Notes under the pieces: model-generated
Seen by the model: the letters and a program-made list of their open reading frames with translations, nothing else
Databases searched by the model: none
Told to the model about the DNA's origin: nothing
DNA from: the human T2T-CHM13v2.0 reference genome, Homo sapiens
NCBI RefSeq assembly: GCF_009914755.1
Contig: NC_060947.1
Length of the DNA stretch: 64,000 nucleotides
Direction: 5' to 3' (one strand)
In this document: one piece after another, positions 1 to 16,290 of the stretch
Numbering within the stretch: the stretch's first letter is position 1
Layout of the letters: the number at the start of each line of letters is the position of its first letter
Program-made: the position numbers and the translations under genes

Positions 1-437
1 ATTTAAAAAAAAAATAAATAAATAATAAAATATCTCACAGAATGACTTTTCATATAAGCTATTAGCTATTGATGGACTATTTAGGATATTTAATATTCCA
101 AATATTTCATACTCATATGAATATTCAATATTGACAGATGGCAAGTAAAAGCTAAATGACCTTTTAATTTCTTTTTCAGTACTATGATTAATGCATCTAC
201 AAAGCTTTGTGCTCACAAAAGCCCAGAGTAGGCAAGTAGTCCATTGAAAGTACTAGGAAAATATTTTCAAAATTTCATGACTTGTGGGGAATATATTGAG
301 CCTTTGAATTAAATCAAACTGTGGCCGCCTATAAGACAAAGTTACTTTACTTTTGATTAATCTTGCAATTTATTTTCATCCTCCACAACAATGTGGTCCA
401 TTAAGTTCTATTTCTTAGCATAACTAGAGATGGCTTT

Positions 438-847
438 ATGTGTTACTCTGCATTGCCATAATGGAATACGTGAGATTGGGTAATTTATAAAGAAAAGAAG
501 TCTATTTGGCTCACAGTTCTACAGGCTGTACATGAAGCACAGTGCCGGCATCTGCTTCCAGTGAGGGCCTCAGGAAGCTTACAGTCGTGGTGAAAGGTGA
601 AAGACAGCCAGCATGTCACATGGTGAGAGAGGGAGCAAGAGAGAGAAGGAGGAGGTGCTCTTTTAAACAACCAGATCCCATGTAAACTCATAGAGTGAGA
701 ACTCACTCATTATCACAAGGACAGCACCAAGCCATTCATGAAGTATCCACCCTCATAACCCAAAACCTCCCACTAGGCCCACCTCCAGCACTGGAGATCA
801 CATTTCAACATGTGATTTGGAGGGGTCAAAATATCCAAACCAAATCT
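438..847 (-). mobile_element. MSTA/MSTB-like solo LTR (ERVL-MaLR)
   Basis: Typical MST blocks ('ggtaatttataaagaaaagaagtctatttggctcacagttct', 'ggcccacctccagcactggagatcacatttcaacatg'); ends 'ccaaaccaaatc', the reverse complement of the LTR start. Confidence 0.9.
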
Positions 848-973
848 TTAAACAATTCCCATATAAATGCAGCATAGAATTTGGAGTACTTGTTAAAATA
901 ATGTTGCAAAGTTCCAGACTACTGCTGCTCCAAATAAAAAATTTACCTGTATGATTTAAAATTTCTATCCGTG

Positions 974-1331
<358 letters not shown>

Positions 1332-1694
1332 TTATCAAAATCTGGCTTTGAAAGAGAAAGCTCCATTGATGTTTGTTTCCATGATTATGAACCTAATTTC
1401 TATATTTTTTAAAGAAATGTAAATTTTCTCAGCCCTGAGCAAGTAGAGTGAGATTTCTCTTACTTAATCGGATTGAATTTTGGAGGTGGGCCCAATAGAA
1501 ATTACTAATTTTCCAGAATCACATGATCTATAATTGTGGTAGCTGATACCAGAAAATACAAGGACCAATAAAACATTTCCACTCAGTTGAAGATAATATC
1601 AGGAGTGGGGACGAAGCCTGCATGTCGATACGTTTTTCTGTTACAAACTTTGTGATGATGATGATGTTGAAGAGTATTATAATGATGATGATAC

Positions 1695-1790
1695 AAATAA
1701 CTGCCATTCATTAAGCACATTATTCATGTATCAGGCACTGTGCAAGATGCTTTACATCTGCTTTTTCACATATGTGGGTGCTCCATCTCA
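1695..1790 (-). mobile_element. MIR fragment
   Basis: 'cattcattaagcac...tatcaggcactgtgcaagatgctttaca' resembles the MIR 3' part, preceded by a (GAT)n-like tract. Confidence 0.55.
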
Positions 1791-1984
1791 CATCACAACA
1801 GTACCCCGTCAGCATTTTGTCTGACTTTTAGTAGAAAGCTCATATTTTTTGCCCACATTATTCACATCAACATTATTGATATAAGGTGGGTCTATCACAT
1901 TCTATCCAAATAAGTTATCTCATAAGAAGAATTAGCCTCAAATTAGCCTTTTAGCATCATCCAGAATTCATCTTTTAAAAAATC

Positions 1985-2390
1985 CAGTTTTGTAGTATAA
2001 TTTACATAGGAAAAACTCATCCATTTGAAGTGTACAATTCACTGGTTTTTAGTGTATTTTCAGAGCTGTGCAACTGTACCATAATCTAATTTGGGAATAT
2101 TTTCATTACCACAAAAAGAAACTCCATCTGTACCAATTAACAGTCCCTCTCCATTTTCCCCAATGATTCCCCAGGCCTAGGCAACCATTAATCCACTTTA
2201 TATACAGGCCTGCCCTTTCTGGATATTTCATATAAAATTCAGTCATTCAATATGGGATCTCTTGTGACTGGCTTCTTTCACTTAGCACAATATTTTCAAT
2301 GTTCATATGTGCTGGAGTATGTATCAGTGCCTCGTTCTTTTTATTGCTGGAAAATATTCCATTGTATGGACATGCCACATTTTGGTTGCA
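1985..2390 (-). mobile_element. Old L1 (L1MB/L1ME-type) 3' end
   Basis: 'tataatttacata...tgaagtgtacaattca...gtgcaac...ggcaaccattaatccact...gtgactggcttctttcacttagca'. Confidence 0.85.
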
Positions 2391-3422
2391 TTTACATTCA
2401 CATACTTTTTTTCCCAAATTGGTCTGTGTGTCTTTTAAACTTCAAGTGAAAGGTGGATGGTTTCAAGACAATTAAATAGAAAAATGCAAGTCCAACTCAG
2501 GAATGGTGATGTTAGTTTATAGTTGTGGTACTTTTCAAGGTGTAGCAAAGAATACAATTGGAAGATTATGTGGGACTAAAAAAATTAAAACTTTTAATTA
2601 ACCTCCTTTCTAGATAGCATGGGGATTGATATTATTAAATGTATACACACACACACACATATATATAGTATTATATCAATATTGCCAAATAAATGTATTT
2701 CATGTATATATATATTTGATATTTCTATTTATATATTTGGTAATACCAATCCCATTACACATACACACACACACATACATATAATTATTTTAAGAGAGCA
2801 CTATATAAATCACTATATAAATATGTAAATTCATTGGAATGTTTTACATGAATATGACTCTTGGCTTGATACTTAAAATTAAGTTTTGATTTTTGAACTG
2901 CTATTAAACTTGGTGTTAAAGAAAGGTTTTCCTAGGTGATAGTATCGTAGAAAGCATCTTATAATCTTTACTGAGTGAATAACATTTTAATTTCAAATGA
3001 AATTACATATAAATGATATAAATATATAACAGGTGTGAAGCTTGCAGCATAAATTGAAACATAAGTGGTGTTATTTTCTGCTTAGACTGTAGGATCCTAA
3101 AAAGAGATAATGAGATGACATAGAGGTAAGTTTAAAAATATTTTTTAAAGTTTGTGGGTTTTTTCAAAAATTGTTGTTGTAATCAACACAATGTTCTTTT
3201 TATACCAAACTTCATATTAGACTGGAAAATGATATACAGGTATACCTTGAAGATATTGCAGGTTTGGTTCCAGATAACTGCAAAAAAGTGAGTCACACAA
3301 TTTTTTTGGTTTCCTAATGCATATAAATGTTATGTTTACATTATACTGGAGTCTATTAAGTGTGCAATAGCATTATGCCTAAAAAAGCAATGTGCATACC
3401 TTAATTTAAAAATACTTTATTG

Positions 3423-4275
<853 letters not shown>

Positions 4276-6073
4276 CCTGTTCTTAATGGCATCTAGAATA
4301 GTGATTCATTTCCAGAAGATTTTCAATTTACTTTGTCCAGATGTATCAGATAAATCACTATCTATGGCAGCAATAGCCTTACCAAACGTATTTCTTAAAT
4401 AGTAAGACTTAAAATTCAAAATGACTCCTGATTTATGGGCTTCAGAATGGATGCTGTGTTCACAGGCATGAAAATAGCATTAAAAAAGCGCATCTCCATC
4501 ACAGCTCTTAGGTGTCCAGGTGTATTGTGAATGAGCAGTAATATTTTGAAAGAAATCGTTTTCTGAGCAGAAGATCTCAACAATGAGCTTAAATTATTCA
4601 GTAAACAATGTTGTGAAAAGATAAACTGTCATCCAGACTTTCTTGTTCCATTTATAGACCACAAACAGAGTAGATTTTGCATCCTTCCTAAGTACCCTAA
4701 GATTTTCAGAATGATAAATGAGCATTGGCTTCGACTTAGAGTCACTGGCTACATTAACCCCTAATGAGAGTCAGCCTGTCCTTTGAAGCTTTGATGCTGG
4801 GCATTGACTTCTCCTCTATAGCTGTGGAAGTCCTAGATGGCATCTCCTTCCAACAGAAGGTTGTTTTGTCTACACTGAAAATAGGTTGTTTAGTGTAGCC
4901 ACTTTCATCAAGTATCATAGCTAAATCTTCTGGATAACTTGCTACAGCTTCTACATCAGCACTCGCTACTTCACCTTGGATTTTTATGTTATGGAGACGG
5001 CTTCTTTTCTAAGTCACATGAACCAAACTCTGCTAGCTTCACATTTTTCTTCTGCAGCTTCCTCACCTCTCTCAGCCTTCGTAGAATTGAAGGGAGTTTG
5101 GGTCTTGCTCTGAATTAGGCTTTGCCTTAATGGAATGTCGTGGCTGATTTGATCTTCTATCCAGACCACTCACACTTTCTCCAGATCAGCAATAAAGCTG
5201 TTTCACTTTCTCATCATTCATGTGTTCACCAGAATGGTACTTTTAATTTCCTTCAGGAAATTTTTGTTTGCATTTACAACTTGAGTGACTGGTGCAAGGG
5301 GCCTAGCTTTGGGCCTTCCTCACTAAGCTTAGTAGTTTCTAGCTTCTGATTTAAAGTAAGAGATATGCACTCCTCCTTTCACTTGAAAACTTAGAGGCTA
5401 TTGTGGGGTTATTAATCAGCCTAATTTCAATATTGTTGTGTCTCAGGAAATAGGAAGGCCTGAGGACAGGCAGAGAAAGGGGATAGCCAGTCGGTGGGGT
5501 GGTCAGAACACACACAACATTTATTAAGTCTGTTGTCTTATTTAGGCATGGTTTGTAGCACCCCAAAAGAATTAGAATAGTAACATCAAAGATCAATGAT
5601 CACAGATCACCAAAACAGGTATAATCATCATGAAAAAGTTTGAAATATTGTTGGAATTACCAAAATGTGACACAGAGACATGAAGAGAGCACATGCTGCT
5701 GGAAAAATAGCACGAATAGACTTGCTTGACACAGAGTTGGCACAAACCTTCAATTTGTAAAAACTCCGGATCTGCAAAGCACAATAAAGCGAAGTGCAAT
5801 AAACTGAGTTGTGCCTGTATTAGAAAAGTACATGTAAATATAAAATAACAAAAACAACATTAGATAAAATTATTTGAAATTATGTAAGTTTCAAACCGAA
5901 AGTTACACACAAAGAGATATATGGGCAAAACATTGTGAAAAAGATAACTGGATGGATTAACACTATAGTATGTGCTTGGAGAAAACACAATATATGTATA
6001 ATCTGTTTTTTCCCCTACGATGTTTATTTTCCTGTGTGTTAAAAAAAAGTCTTCTTGCACTCAATTTAAGAGC

Positions 6074-6462
<389 letters not shown>

Positions 6463-6758
6463 TAAATAGCTAATATCATTTATATCCTTTTGGCTATATA
6501 TTGGATTTTAGGACTGGATAGCTAATATTGTTTTAAAAATATGATTAGATCTAACCCACATAAAATGTTTGGTTTTAACCTTGCTTTATATCTCAATACA
6601 GCGCCAAAGTATATAAGCCTTATCATCTTTCTTTGTTTCAATTCTCAAAATTACGACTTAGTTATTTCCAATATGTCTTTCATATACTTAAAATTCTTCA
6701 AAGTACTTTATCACCACAGGTATACATTTTTAGGTTAAATAAACACAATCTTCTTGGA

Positions 6759-6933
6759 CAGTGTTTTTCAAACTTAGCTGAACATTGTCAACATCTGGAA
6801 AGCCTTAAAAATTCAGATGCCTTAGTCACACCCCTAGAGAGTTTTATATAATTCATTCAAAGTGGAGTCTGTCATCAGGATTTTTCATAGCACCTCAGGT
6901 GTTCTATTATACAACCAAAGCTCAGAACTACTG
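6759..6933. mobile_element. MER5A (hAT-Charlie MITE)
   Basis: TIRs cagtgtttttcaaact / agctcagaactactg; 8-bp TSD-like ttcttgga / ttctaaga. Confidence 0.8.
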
Positions 6934-7293
6934 TTCTAAGAGTTTACATAAAACAGAGTCAAGTTTCTGCAGCAACTTTATGACTAACAAGATACGACAT
7001 AACAATATTGTCTTATGTGTTGGAGACCCACCAAAAATAGGAATTGATGTTGACAGAGTGAATCTCGTCTGCATGTAATCTAGTCGTTTTGCTATAAGAC
7101 CCAAAATTTTAATCTAACAATACTAAGTAGAAGTGAAGGTTTTTGTTGTTGTTTAATTAGCTATGATTAAAATGCTTTTAAAAGACAGCATCGTTATTCA
7201 ACAACCTGAAGCTGTTTATTAGGACATTCTTGCTTTGGATTTATAGGGCAAAATTTTAGAGGCTTATTACTTCCTCTGTGCCATCTGGATAAG

Positions 7294-7312
7294 TGCCACC
7301 AGATGGCATGTG
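7294..7312 (+). promoter_or_regulatory. Candidate CTCF motif
   Basis: GCCACCAGATGGCA closely matches the CTCF core CCACCAG(A/G)(T/G)GGC(A/G); motif match only. Confidence 0.35.
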
Positions 7313-7964
7313 GGTGGCAGTAATCATATGGCTTACATAGAAAATTTCAAGTGGTAGGTAACAAATCAAAGAAATTATATCTTTCCAGAGTCTCATTTTT
7401 TATTGAAATAGGGCTATATTAACTGAAGCCTAATAATAAATTAAACTCTAATAATTTTATGCTAGAAAATGGTATACAGTTTTAATAATTAATTGTATTT
7501 TTATTTTAAAAATATTTTCTCAAAGTACTTAATAAATTTGCTCACAAATAAAGGGCTTATAATAAAAAGTAACAGATTCTTGCTCACCAATGATAAGCAA
7601 TTTAATTGTTCTTTTGTTGGTTACTTACATGTTTCTTAATTTGTCCAATTTGATAGATAAGGATTTCGAGTATTTTAAAAGAAAAGCAAATATATATGCA
7701 GAAGTCACATTTCCAAAATATTTTAATTGCCAGCATTTACTGCTTAAATGTAACACTAGCCCTATTTCTAAACTAGCGAAGAAGACATCTTGATTTCACA
7801 CTGACTTTTCTATGACAAAACTCTACTTCTGCATACCTTATTGCATCTTTTTGAATTATTGAAAGCATATATTTCTTCTGCTCTTCACAGAAGTCTTTGT
7901 CTACCATAGGCTTTCTCTTCTGCTAACTGGAGCTTAACTCTTTTCTTATATTTAAGTAACTCTC

Positions 7965-8051
7965 CTCTAATGTACAGCATGGTGACTATAGTTAATAGTA
8001 CTGTATAGTTTTCTTGAAATCTACTAAGCGGGTATAATCTTAAATGTCCTA

Positions 8052-8083
<32 letters not shown>

Positions 8084-8223
8084 GTAAGTGTGTGGTGATG
8101 GATGTGTTAATTAATGCAGTGTAGTAATCAGTAAACAATGTATGCATACAACAAATGCTGTACACTTTGAATATATAAAATTTTTGTTTGTCAATAATAC
8201 TTCAATAAAGTTGGGGGGAAAAA
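7965..8223 (+). mobile_element. L1MA9/10-like 3' end with internal (CA)n
   Basis: 'ctaatgtacagcatggtgactatagttaata...tcaataaag'. Confidence 0.85.
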
Positions 8224-9269
8224 GTAATTATCCTTTGTTTATTTACCCAATGTAGAAACTGTCTTTTGCTTCTTATAGCTTACCAAAATCCAGTGGTGAG
8301 ATAGCTGTGGTTCACTTTCCATATGATGATTATTATTGTTTTTTCTAATAAGGGATCATTTTCCCCACTCCGGGGATTTGGTTCTTTCTCTTCCAATAAG
8401 ATATCACTACTAGGTTTTTACTGCTTAATTAACTAATCCACATAGAAAAGTCATCTCTCCACAAGAAGTTTAGCAAGATTTACATTCTTTTCCACATTTT
8501 CCTTTAGCATACTTTCTAAAAAAGTTTCCAAATTATAAATCTTGATCAATTATGTGTTTTTGTGTCATCACCAGCATGAATTTTTTTTGTTTCACACACA
8601 CGTACACACATACCCCATATATGTATATGTGATATTCAGTAAAAGTCAAAACATTTTGACACCCAATATTCTAGAATATAAACTTTAAAAAACATGTAAA
8701 CAAGGAATCCATTTTTCTACTGTCATAACAACAATTTCTTTGCAAGAGTCAATCAAGAAAAAAAAAAATCTGCAAGAGAAGAAGAAACAATGTAATCCAG
8801 TAGAGCTATAGTAAAGTACAGGTAAAAGCATTAAACCTTAATCTCTGGAAATATATGAAAATAGTGTCGGTGCCAAAGCAAATAGGATGAAAAAACTTAA
8901 AACTCATGAATACTGTCCACCACAAAATTAGGTGAAAAACTTTTCAGTAAATACCTAAAAATGAGTTGCTAGAAACAGACTACCAACAGCTGCAAGGCCC
9001 ACATGGTATCACTGCAGAAAAATGTAGAGGCAAGCAAAAGAGCATATGACAGACCTGAAAGCAGAACTCCCAAACTTTATAGGTTCTCACTAGAAAGTAT
9101 GATGGGAAAATTTGAAAACAGGCATTAAAATTGGGAGGGATTTTTGTGCACTCTTATTCACATACGTTATAAAGGCAAAGTGTCCTTCATAAGATCAGAA
9201 GGTGTTGTGATAGTTTAAAATTCAAAAACTATATATATAAAAAAAACAAAAGAAAAACCAGCTGAATCT

Positions 9270-12200
9270 CCCCTAGAAAAAAGGGAAAATTCACAAATAT
9301 ATGGAAACTAAACAACACACTCTTGAGAAACCAGTGGGTTGAAGAACAAATAAAAGGGAAATCAGAAAATATCTTGAGACGTACGAAAATGAAAACACAA
9401 CATATCAACACTTACGGGATGCAGCAAAAGCAGAGCTAAGAGGGAAGTTTATACTGATTAAGGCCTAAACTGAAAAAAAAAAATAGACCTCAAATTAACA
9501 ATCTAACTTTATACCTCAAGAAACTAGAGGAAAGAAAACTAAATCTAAAATTAGCAGAATAAGAGGGAAAAAAAGATTAGAGCAGAAATAAATAAAATAG
9601 AGAATAGAAAAGCTAGGAAAAAAATTGATTAAACTAAAAGTTGGTTTTTTGAACAGATGAAAAAAATGACAAACCTTTAATAAGACTAAAAAAGTGATAT
9701 GATTCAAATAAATAAAATTGAAAATAAAAGAGGAGGCATTACAATTGATATCACAGAAATAAAAAGGATAATAAGAAATTACTGTGAACTATACACAAAT
9801 TAGAAAACTTAGAATAAGTGGATACTTCCTAGAAACATACAACCTACCAAGATTGAATTTTAAAGAAATGAAAAATCTGAACAGATCAATAATAAGTAAA
9901 GAAACTGAATCAGTAATCAGAAACCTCTCTAAAAGAAAAGGCCTGGATCAGACGGCCTCACTAGTGAATTCTACCAAACATTTAAAGAATTAATGTCAGT
10001 CCTTTTTGAACTCCTCCAAAAAACTGAAGAGGAGAAAACACTTTCAAACTCATTTTAAGAGGCCAGCATTACCTCAATACCAAAATTGGACAAGGACACT
10101 ACAAGAAGAGAAAATTACAGGCCCAAATCCCTGATGAACATTGGTACAAAAATCCTCAACAAAATACTAGAAAACCAAATTCAACAATACCTGTAAAGAA
10201 TCATACACTGTAATCCAATGTGACTTATCCCTGGGATGCAAGGATGGCTCAACACAGGCAAATCAATCAACACAACACATTACATTAACAGAATGAAGAA
10301 TAAAAGCCACATGATCATCTTGACAGATTCAAGAAAGGCATTTGACAAAATTCAGCACCACTTTATAATAAAAACTCCCAACAAACTATGCACGGAAAGA
10401 ATTTATCTCAACCTATCAAAGGCCCACAGCTAATATGGAAATAATATATGAAATAATATATGAAAAGCCCACAACTAACATTGTATTCAGTGGTGAAAAA
10501 CTGAATGGTTTTTCTCTAAGATCAGAAACTAGACAAGAATGGCCACTTCTATACAACATAGTACTGACATTCCTAGCCAAAGTAATTGGCCAAGAAAAGG
10601 AAATAAAAAGCACCCAAATCAGGAAAGAAGAAGTAAAGTTATCTCTGTTTTACAGATTATATGTTCTTATGTGTAGAAAACTCTAAAACCTCTGCAATAA
10701 AACTGTTGAACTAATAAACATATTCGGTAAAGTTGCAGGGTATAAAATAAACATATAAAAATCAGTTCCATTTTTATAAACCAACAAAGAATTCTCAGAA
10801 AAGGAAATTAAAAAGACAATCTTATTAACCATAATGTCAAAAAGAATAAAATACTTAAGAATAAACTTAACCAAAAAGGGAAAGACTTGTACACTGAAAA
10901 TTACAAATCATTTCTGAAAAAACTTAAAGACACAAATAACTGGAAAAACATCCTGTATTCATAAACTGGAAGAGCTAATATTGTTAAAAGGTCCACACTA
11001 CCCAAAGTGATCTACAGATTCAATGCCATCCCCATCAAAACTCCAACTGGATATTTTACAAAAATGGTAAAAACAATCCTAAAATACATAAAGAACAACA
11101 AAGGACCCTGAATAGCCATAACAATATTGAGAAAGAAGAGCAAAGCTGGAGTCATCACACTTCCTGATTTGAAAATATATTACAAAGCCACAGTAGTTGA
11201 AAAATTGTGGGAACAGCGTAAACACAGACAGTTACACCAATGGAAGAGAATAAAGAGCCCAGAAATGAGTCCATGCATATACAGTCAACTGATAGTCAAC
11301 AAGAATTCCATGAATACACAATGTGAAAAGGATAATGTCTTCAACAAATCATGCTGGAAAAACTAGATATATAACTGCATAACTGCAAAAGAATGAAATT
11401 GAACCTTTATCTTACAATATACACAAAATGTGGTTAAAATATATTAAAAACTTAAACTTAAGACCTGAAATTATAAAAGTCTCAAAAGAAAAGGTAGGAG
11501 AACGATATCTTGACATTGGTCTTGGCAATGATTTCTTGGATATGACACCAAAAGGATAGGCAATAGTAGCAAAAATAGACACTTGGGACTACATCAAACT
11601 AAAAAGTTTCTATATAGCCAAAAAAAAAAAATCATCAGAGTTGAAAAGACAACCTATGCAATGGGAGAAAATATCTGCAAAGCATATATCTGATAAGGGG
11701 CTAATATAAAAAAAAAAGGAACTTTTACAACTCAATAGCAAAAAAAGAGAAAAAAAAAACAACAAATAACCCTCATTAAAATGGGCAAAAAATTTGAAAA
11801 GACATTTTTCCAAAGAAGACATACAAATGGCCAACTGGTACATGAAAAGAAGCTCAACATCACTGATGATCAGGAAATGAAAAATTGAAACCACTGTGAA
11901 ATATTATTCACATTAGCCAAAATATGCATACGAACTAAATGTATACTGATGGATAAACAGATAAACAATAAATGAGATATATATGTATATATAATATATA
12001 TACATACATACGCACAATGGAGTATTTGTCAGTCAGTCTTACAAAAGGAAATCCTACCTTATGCAACAATATGGATGAACCTGAAGAACATTATACTAGG
12101 TGAAATAAGTCAGTCACACGGACAAATACTGCATGATCCCACTCATAAGAGGTATCAGAAATAGTCAAATTCATACGTGCATGAGAATAATGATGGTTAT

Positions 12201-12536
12201 CAGGGTCAGGGGGAGGGGAAAACAGGGAGTTGTAGTTCAAAGGGTATAAAGTTTCAATTATTCAAGATGAATGAGTTCTAGATATCTGCTGTACAACATA
12301 ATGCCTGTATTTATTGCACACTTAAAATTTACTAAGAGGGTAGATTTCAAGTTGTGTTCTTACTACCAAAAAGGGGATGGGAGCAAAAGTAAACTTTTGT
12401 AGATGATGGATACATTTATTACTGTGATTGTGGGGATGGTTTCATGGGTGTATAGATATGTACAAACCTGTCAAATTGTATACATTAAATATGTACAACT
12501 TTGTATAACAATTCACCTCAATAAAGCTGTTAAAAA
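9270..12536 (+). mobile_element. L1MA-type LINE-1, degraded ORF2 plus 3'UTR
   Basis: ORF fragments [49 protein letters not shown]; ends 'ctcaataaagctgttaaaa'. Confidence 0.95.
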
Positions 12537-12574
12537 GTAGATATCTGCTGTCCATAGTTTTGTCCATAGCTTGG

Positions 12575-14475
12575 AAATCTTAATATTGTTAAGATAGCAA
12601 TATCACTCAAATTGAACTACAGATTCAATGCAATCCCTGTCAAAATTCTAGCTGTCTTAATTGCAGAAATTGATAAGGTTATCTTAAAATTCATATGGAA
12701 ATGTAAATGACCCCAAATAGTCAAAATAATCTTGTAAAAGAACAGTGTTCTTTTACATGCTTTTGGATTTCAGAACTTTCTACAAAGCTACAGCAATCAA
12801 GACTCTGGTGCTGGCATTAAAATAGGCATATATATCAATGGATTAGAGTTGAAAGTTAGGAAATAAAATCTGACATTTATGGTCAATTGATTCTTGACAA
12901 AGATGTCAAAACTATTCAACAGGGAAAAATGGTGTTTTCAACAAGTGGTGCTGGAATAACTGCATATCAACGGGCAAATAAATTAAATTGGTCCCCAACT
13001 TCACACCATATACAAAAATTATCACAAAATGTTAACAAAAATGGAAACTATAAAATCAAAGACCTTAATGTAAGGCTAAAACCATCAAACTCTCATAAAA
13101 AATATAGGCATAAACCTTTGTAATCTTCAATTAGTAAATGATATCTTAGAAATGACATCAAAAATATAAGCAACAAAATAAAACATACATAAGGTTTCAT
13201 CAAAATTAAACATTTCTGTGCTTCAAAGGACATTATCAATAAATGGAAAAGACTACCAACAGAATGGGAAAGAATATTTGCAAATCATATTTATTATAAA
13301 GAATTCATATGCAGAATATACGAATAACTTATAACCCCAAAATTAATATATAACTAATGCAACTTAAAAATGGACAAAGGATGGGCCGGGCACGGTGGCT
13401 CACACCTGTAATCCAGCACTTTGGGAGGCCAAGGCGGGCGGATCACGAGGTCAGGAGATCGAGACCATCCTGGCGAACACAGTGAAACCCCGTCTCTACT
13501 AAAAATACAAAAAATTAGCCAGGCTTGGTGGCGGGCGCTTGTAGTCCCAGCTACTCAGGAGGCTGAGGCAGGAGAATGGCATGACCCGGAAGGCGGAGCT
13601 TGCAGTGAGCTGAGATTCTGCCACTGCACTCCAACCTGGGCGACAGAGAGACTCCGTCTCAGAAAAAAAAAAAAAAAGGACAAAGGATGCGAATAAACAT
13701 CTCTTCAAAAAACATACACAAGTGGTTAATAAGGACTTGATTCCCTAGGGAAATACAAATCAAAACCGCAATGAAATACTACTTCACATCCCCCCAAAAT
13801 AAAGAAATCAGCAAGCATTAGAGAGAATATGGAGAAAATAGACCCTTCCTGTAGTGGTAGTGGGGACGTAGAATGATGCAGATGCTTTAGAAAATAGTTT
13901 GACACTTCCTCAGTAAGTTAAACATGGAGTTCCACTCTGTTATAAACACAAAAGAATTAAAAATGTATGTCTATACAAAAACTGGTACATAAATATTCAT
14001 AGCAGCATTATTCATAATAGTCAACAAGTTAAAACGACTCAAATGTCCATCAACTGATGAAAGTATAAACAAAATGTACTATAGCCACAAAACCGAATAT
14101 TATTCCATCATACAAAGGAATGAAGAAGTGCTTATACTTATACAATTTGGTTAAACCTTGAAAACATTATGCTAATTGTAAGGAGTCATACACAAAAGGT
14201 CATACATTGTAAGTATCTATTAATATGAAGTATCTAAAATAGGCAAATAAGCAGAGACTTAAAGAAGATTAGTTATTTCCAGAGGCTGGGAGGAAGGATG
14301 AATAGAAATGACTACTAAAAGGGACAGGGTGGGTTTTTTTTTTTGGAATGATGAAAATTTTCTGGAATTAATAGTGGTCATGGTAGAACATTTTTGTCAG
14401 TTTACTAAAAGCTACTGTATTGTTCACTTTAAAAGGGTGAATTTTATAGTGTGTGAATTATATCTCAATAAATAT
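12575..14475 (+). mobile_element. Older L1 (L1MB-like) ORF2 3' part and 3'UTR
   Basis: 'ctacagattcaatgcaatccct'...'gtgaattttatagtgtgtgaattatatctcaataaa'. Confidence 0.9.
13384..13677 (+). mobile_element. AluY
   Basis: 'gatcacgaggtcaggagatcgagaccatcctggc', 'gaatggc', 'ggcggagcttgcag'; TSD ggacaaaggatg. Confidence 0.95.
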
Positions 14476-14599
14476 ACCACGAAAGAAGACACTCAATAAA
14501 ATTATTTTAGAACATGAAAGTTTCAAGAAATAAATATATCTTAGACAAAAATAATAAAGTCATAATAAACAGAACAAATAATGTTAACTTTGGCCTACC

Positions 14600-16290
14600 A
14601 TTCACTCTTTATACAAAAATTAACTAAAAATTGATCACAGACTAAAAGGTAAAATAGAAACTATAAAATTATATATATATGTGTGTATATACATATTCAT
14701 ATATATATATATATATATATGAAAATACTGAGGACTGAGGACCACGCATAAATTTCTTGGACTTGACACCAAATGTATGATCCATCAAAGGGAAGCTTGA
14801 TAAATTACATTTCATGAAGATTCAAAATGTTTGTTTTTAAAAAGATGTAAAGATGAAAAAAACTAAAAAATTGGAAATAAAAAACATTCGTAAATGACAT
14901 AGCCAACAAAAGACTAGTATTTCAAACATATAAAATGTCTGAAAATTCAATAGTTTAAAAAATATACAGTAAGGAAAAGGATAAAAGATGTACATACATT
15001 TTTCCAGAAAGTATATACAGATGGTACATAAGCACATGAACATCAATATAGCCATTAGGAAAGTGCAAATTGAGACCACCATGAGATAGCACTACATGGC
15101 TATCAGAATAGCTAAAATAAAAATAGTGAAAATACCAAATGCTGGTGAGGATGTGAAAAAATTGGACCCATCTGTTGGTAGGAATGTAAAATGGTACAGC
15201 TACTCTGGAAAATAGTTTGACAGTTTCTCAAAAAACAAAACATGCAACTACTATATGACCCAGAAAATGCACTCCTGGGCATTTATCCCAGAGAAATGAA
15301 AACTTATGTTCACACAGAAATCTGTATTTATAAATATTTATAGTAGTTTTATTCACAATAGCCAAAAACTGGAAATAACTCAGATGTCTTTCAATTGGTG
15401 AATGAATAAACAAACTCTTTTACATCCACATTTTGGAATACATACTACAGAATAATAGAAATGAATGAACTATTGATACAGTCAGCATCTTGGATGAATC
15501 TCAAAAAATTTTCGCTGAGTAAACAAAAGAGCCAATCCCAAACGCTTACTCACTGTGTGATTCAATTTTTATAGCATGCATTCTTGAAAGGACAAAACTA
15601 TATAAATGTAGGACAGATTTGTAGTTGTCAGGGTTAATTAGGAGTTGGAGGTGAGAGAGTAAGTGGGTGTGGCTATAAAAGTACAACAAGTGGGATCCTG
15701 TGGTGATGGAAACGTTCCGTATCTTAATTGTATTAATGTCAATATTCTGGCTGTGATATTATACTAGCACTTTGTAAGATATTACTAGTGGAAAAAACTG
15801 GATAAAGGATACACAGGATCTCTCTGAATTGTAGAAACCACATGTATCTACCAATTACCTCAAAATAAAATACATAATTTTTTTAAGTCTTAAGAGACAT
15901 TTTTTCAATACCATTTTGTGAGCTTTATTTGCACATGGATTCAAACAAACTCTAAAACAAAAATAAATTTATGTCAGTGGCATGTGACAATTCGAACACC
16001 GATTAGACATTTGATTATATTAAGGGGTTATTTAAAATGTTTAATTGTGATAATTGCCTTCTTTTGATGATTAAAAAAGCTTTTATCTTTAGGGATCCAT
16101 GCTGAAACATTTATTGATATAAAGATATAATATCTATGATTTGCTTCAGAATATGAGATGGTAGGGAACGGGTGAGAGAAGAAACAAGGTGTACCATGAG
16201 CTAATGATTGCTCAGTCAGTACAATGAGTACCTGAGGGATTAATAAATTATTCTATTTCTGTGTTTGGTTAAACTTTTCCATAATAAAAA
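14600..16290 (+). mobile_element. L1MC/L1ME-type 3' ends (at least two pieces)
   Basis: 'tatacaaaaattaact'...'ggatcctgtggtgatggaaacgttccgtatctt'...'ctcaaaataaaa'; second piece ends 'ttttccataataaaaa'. Confidence 0.8.
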
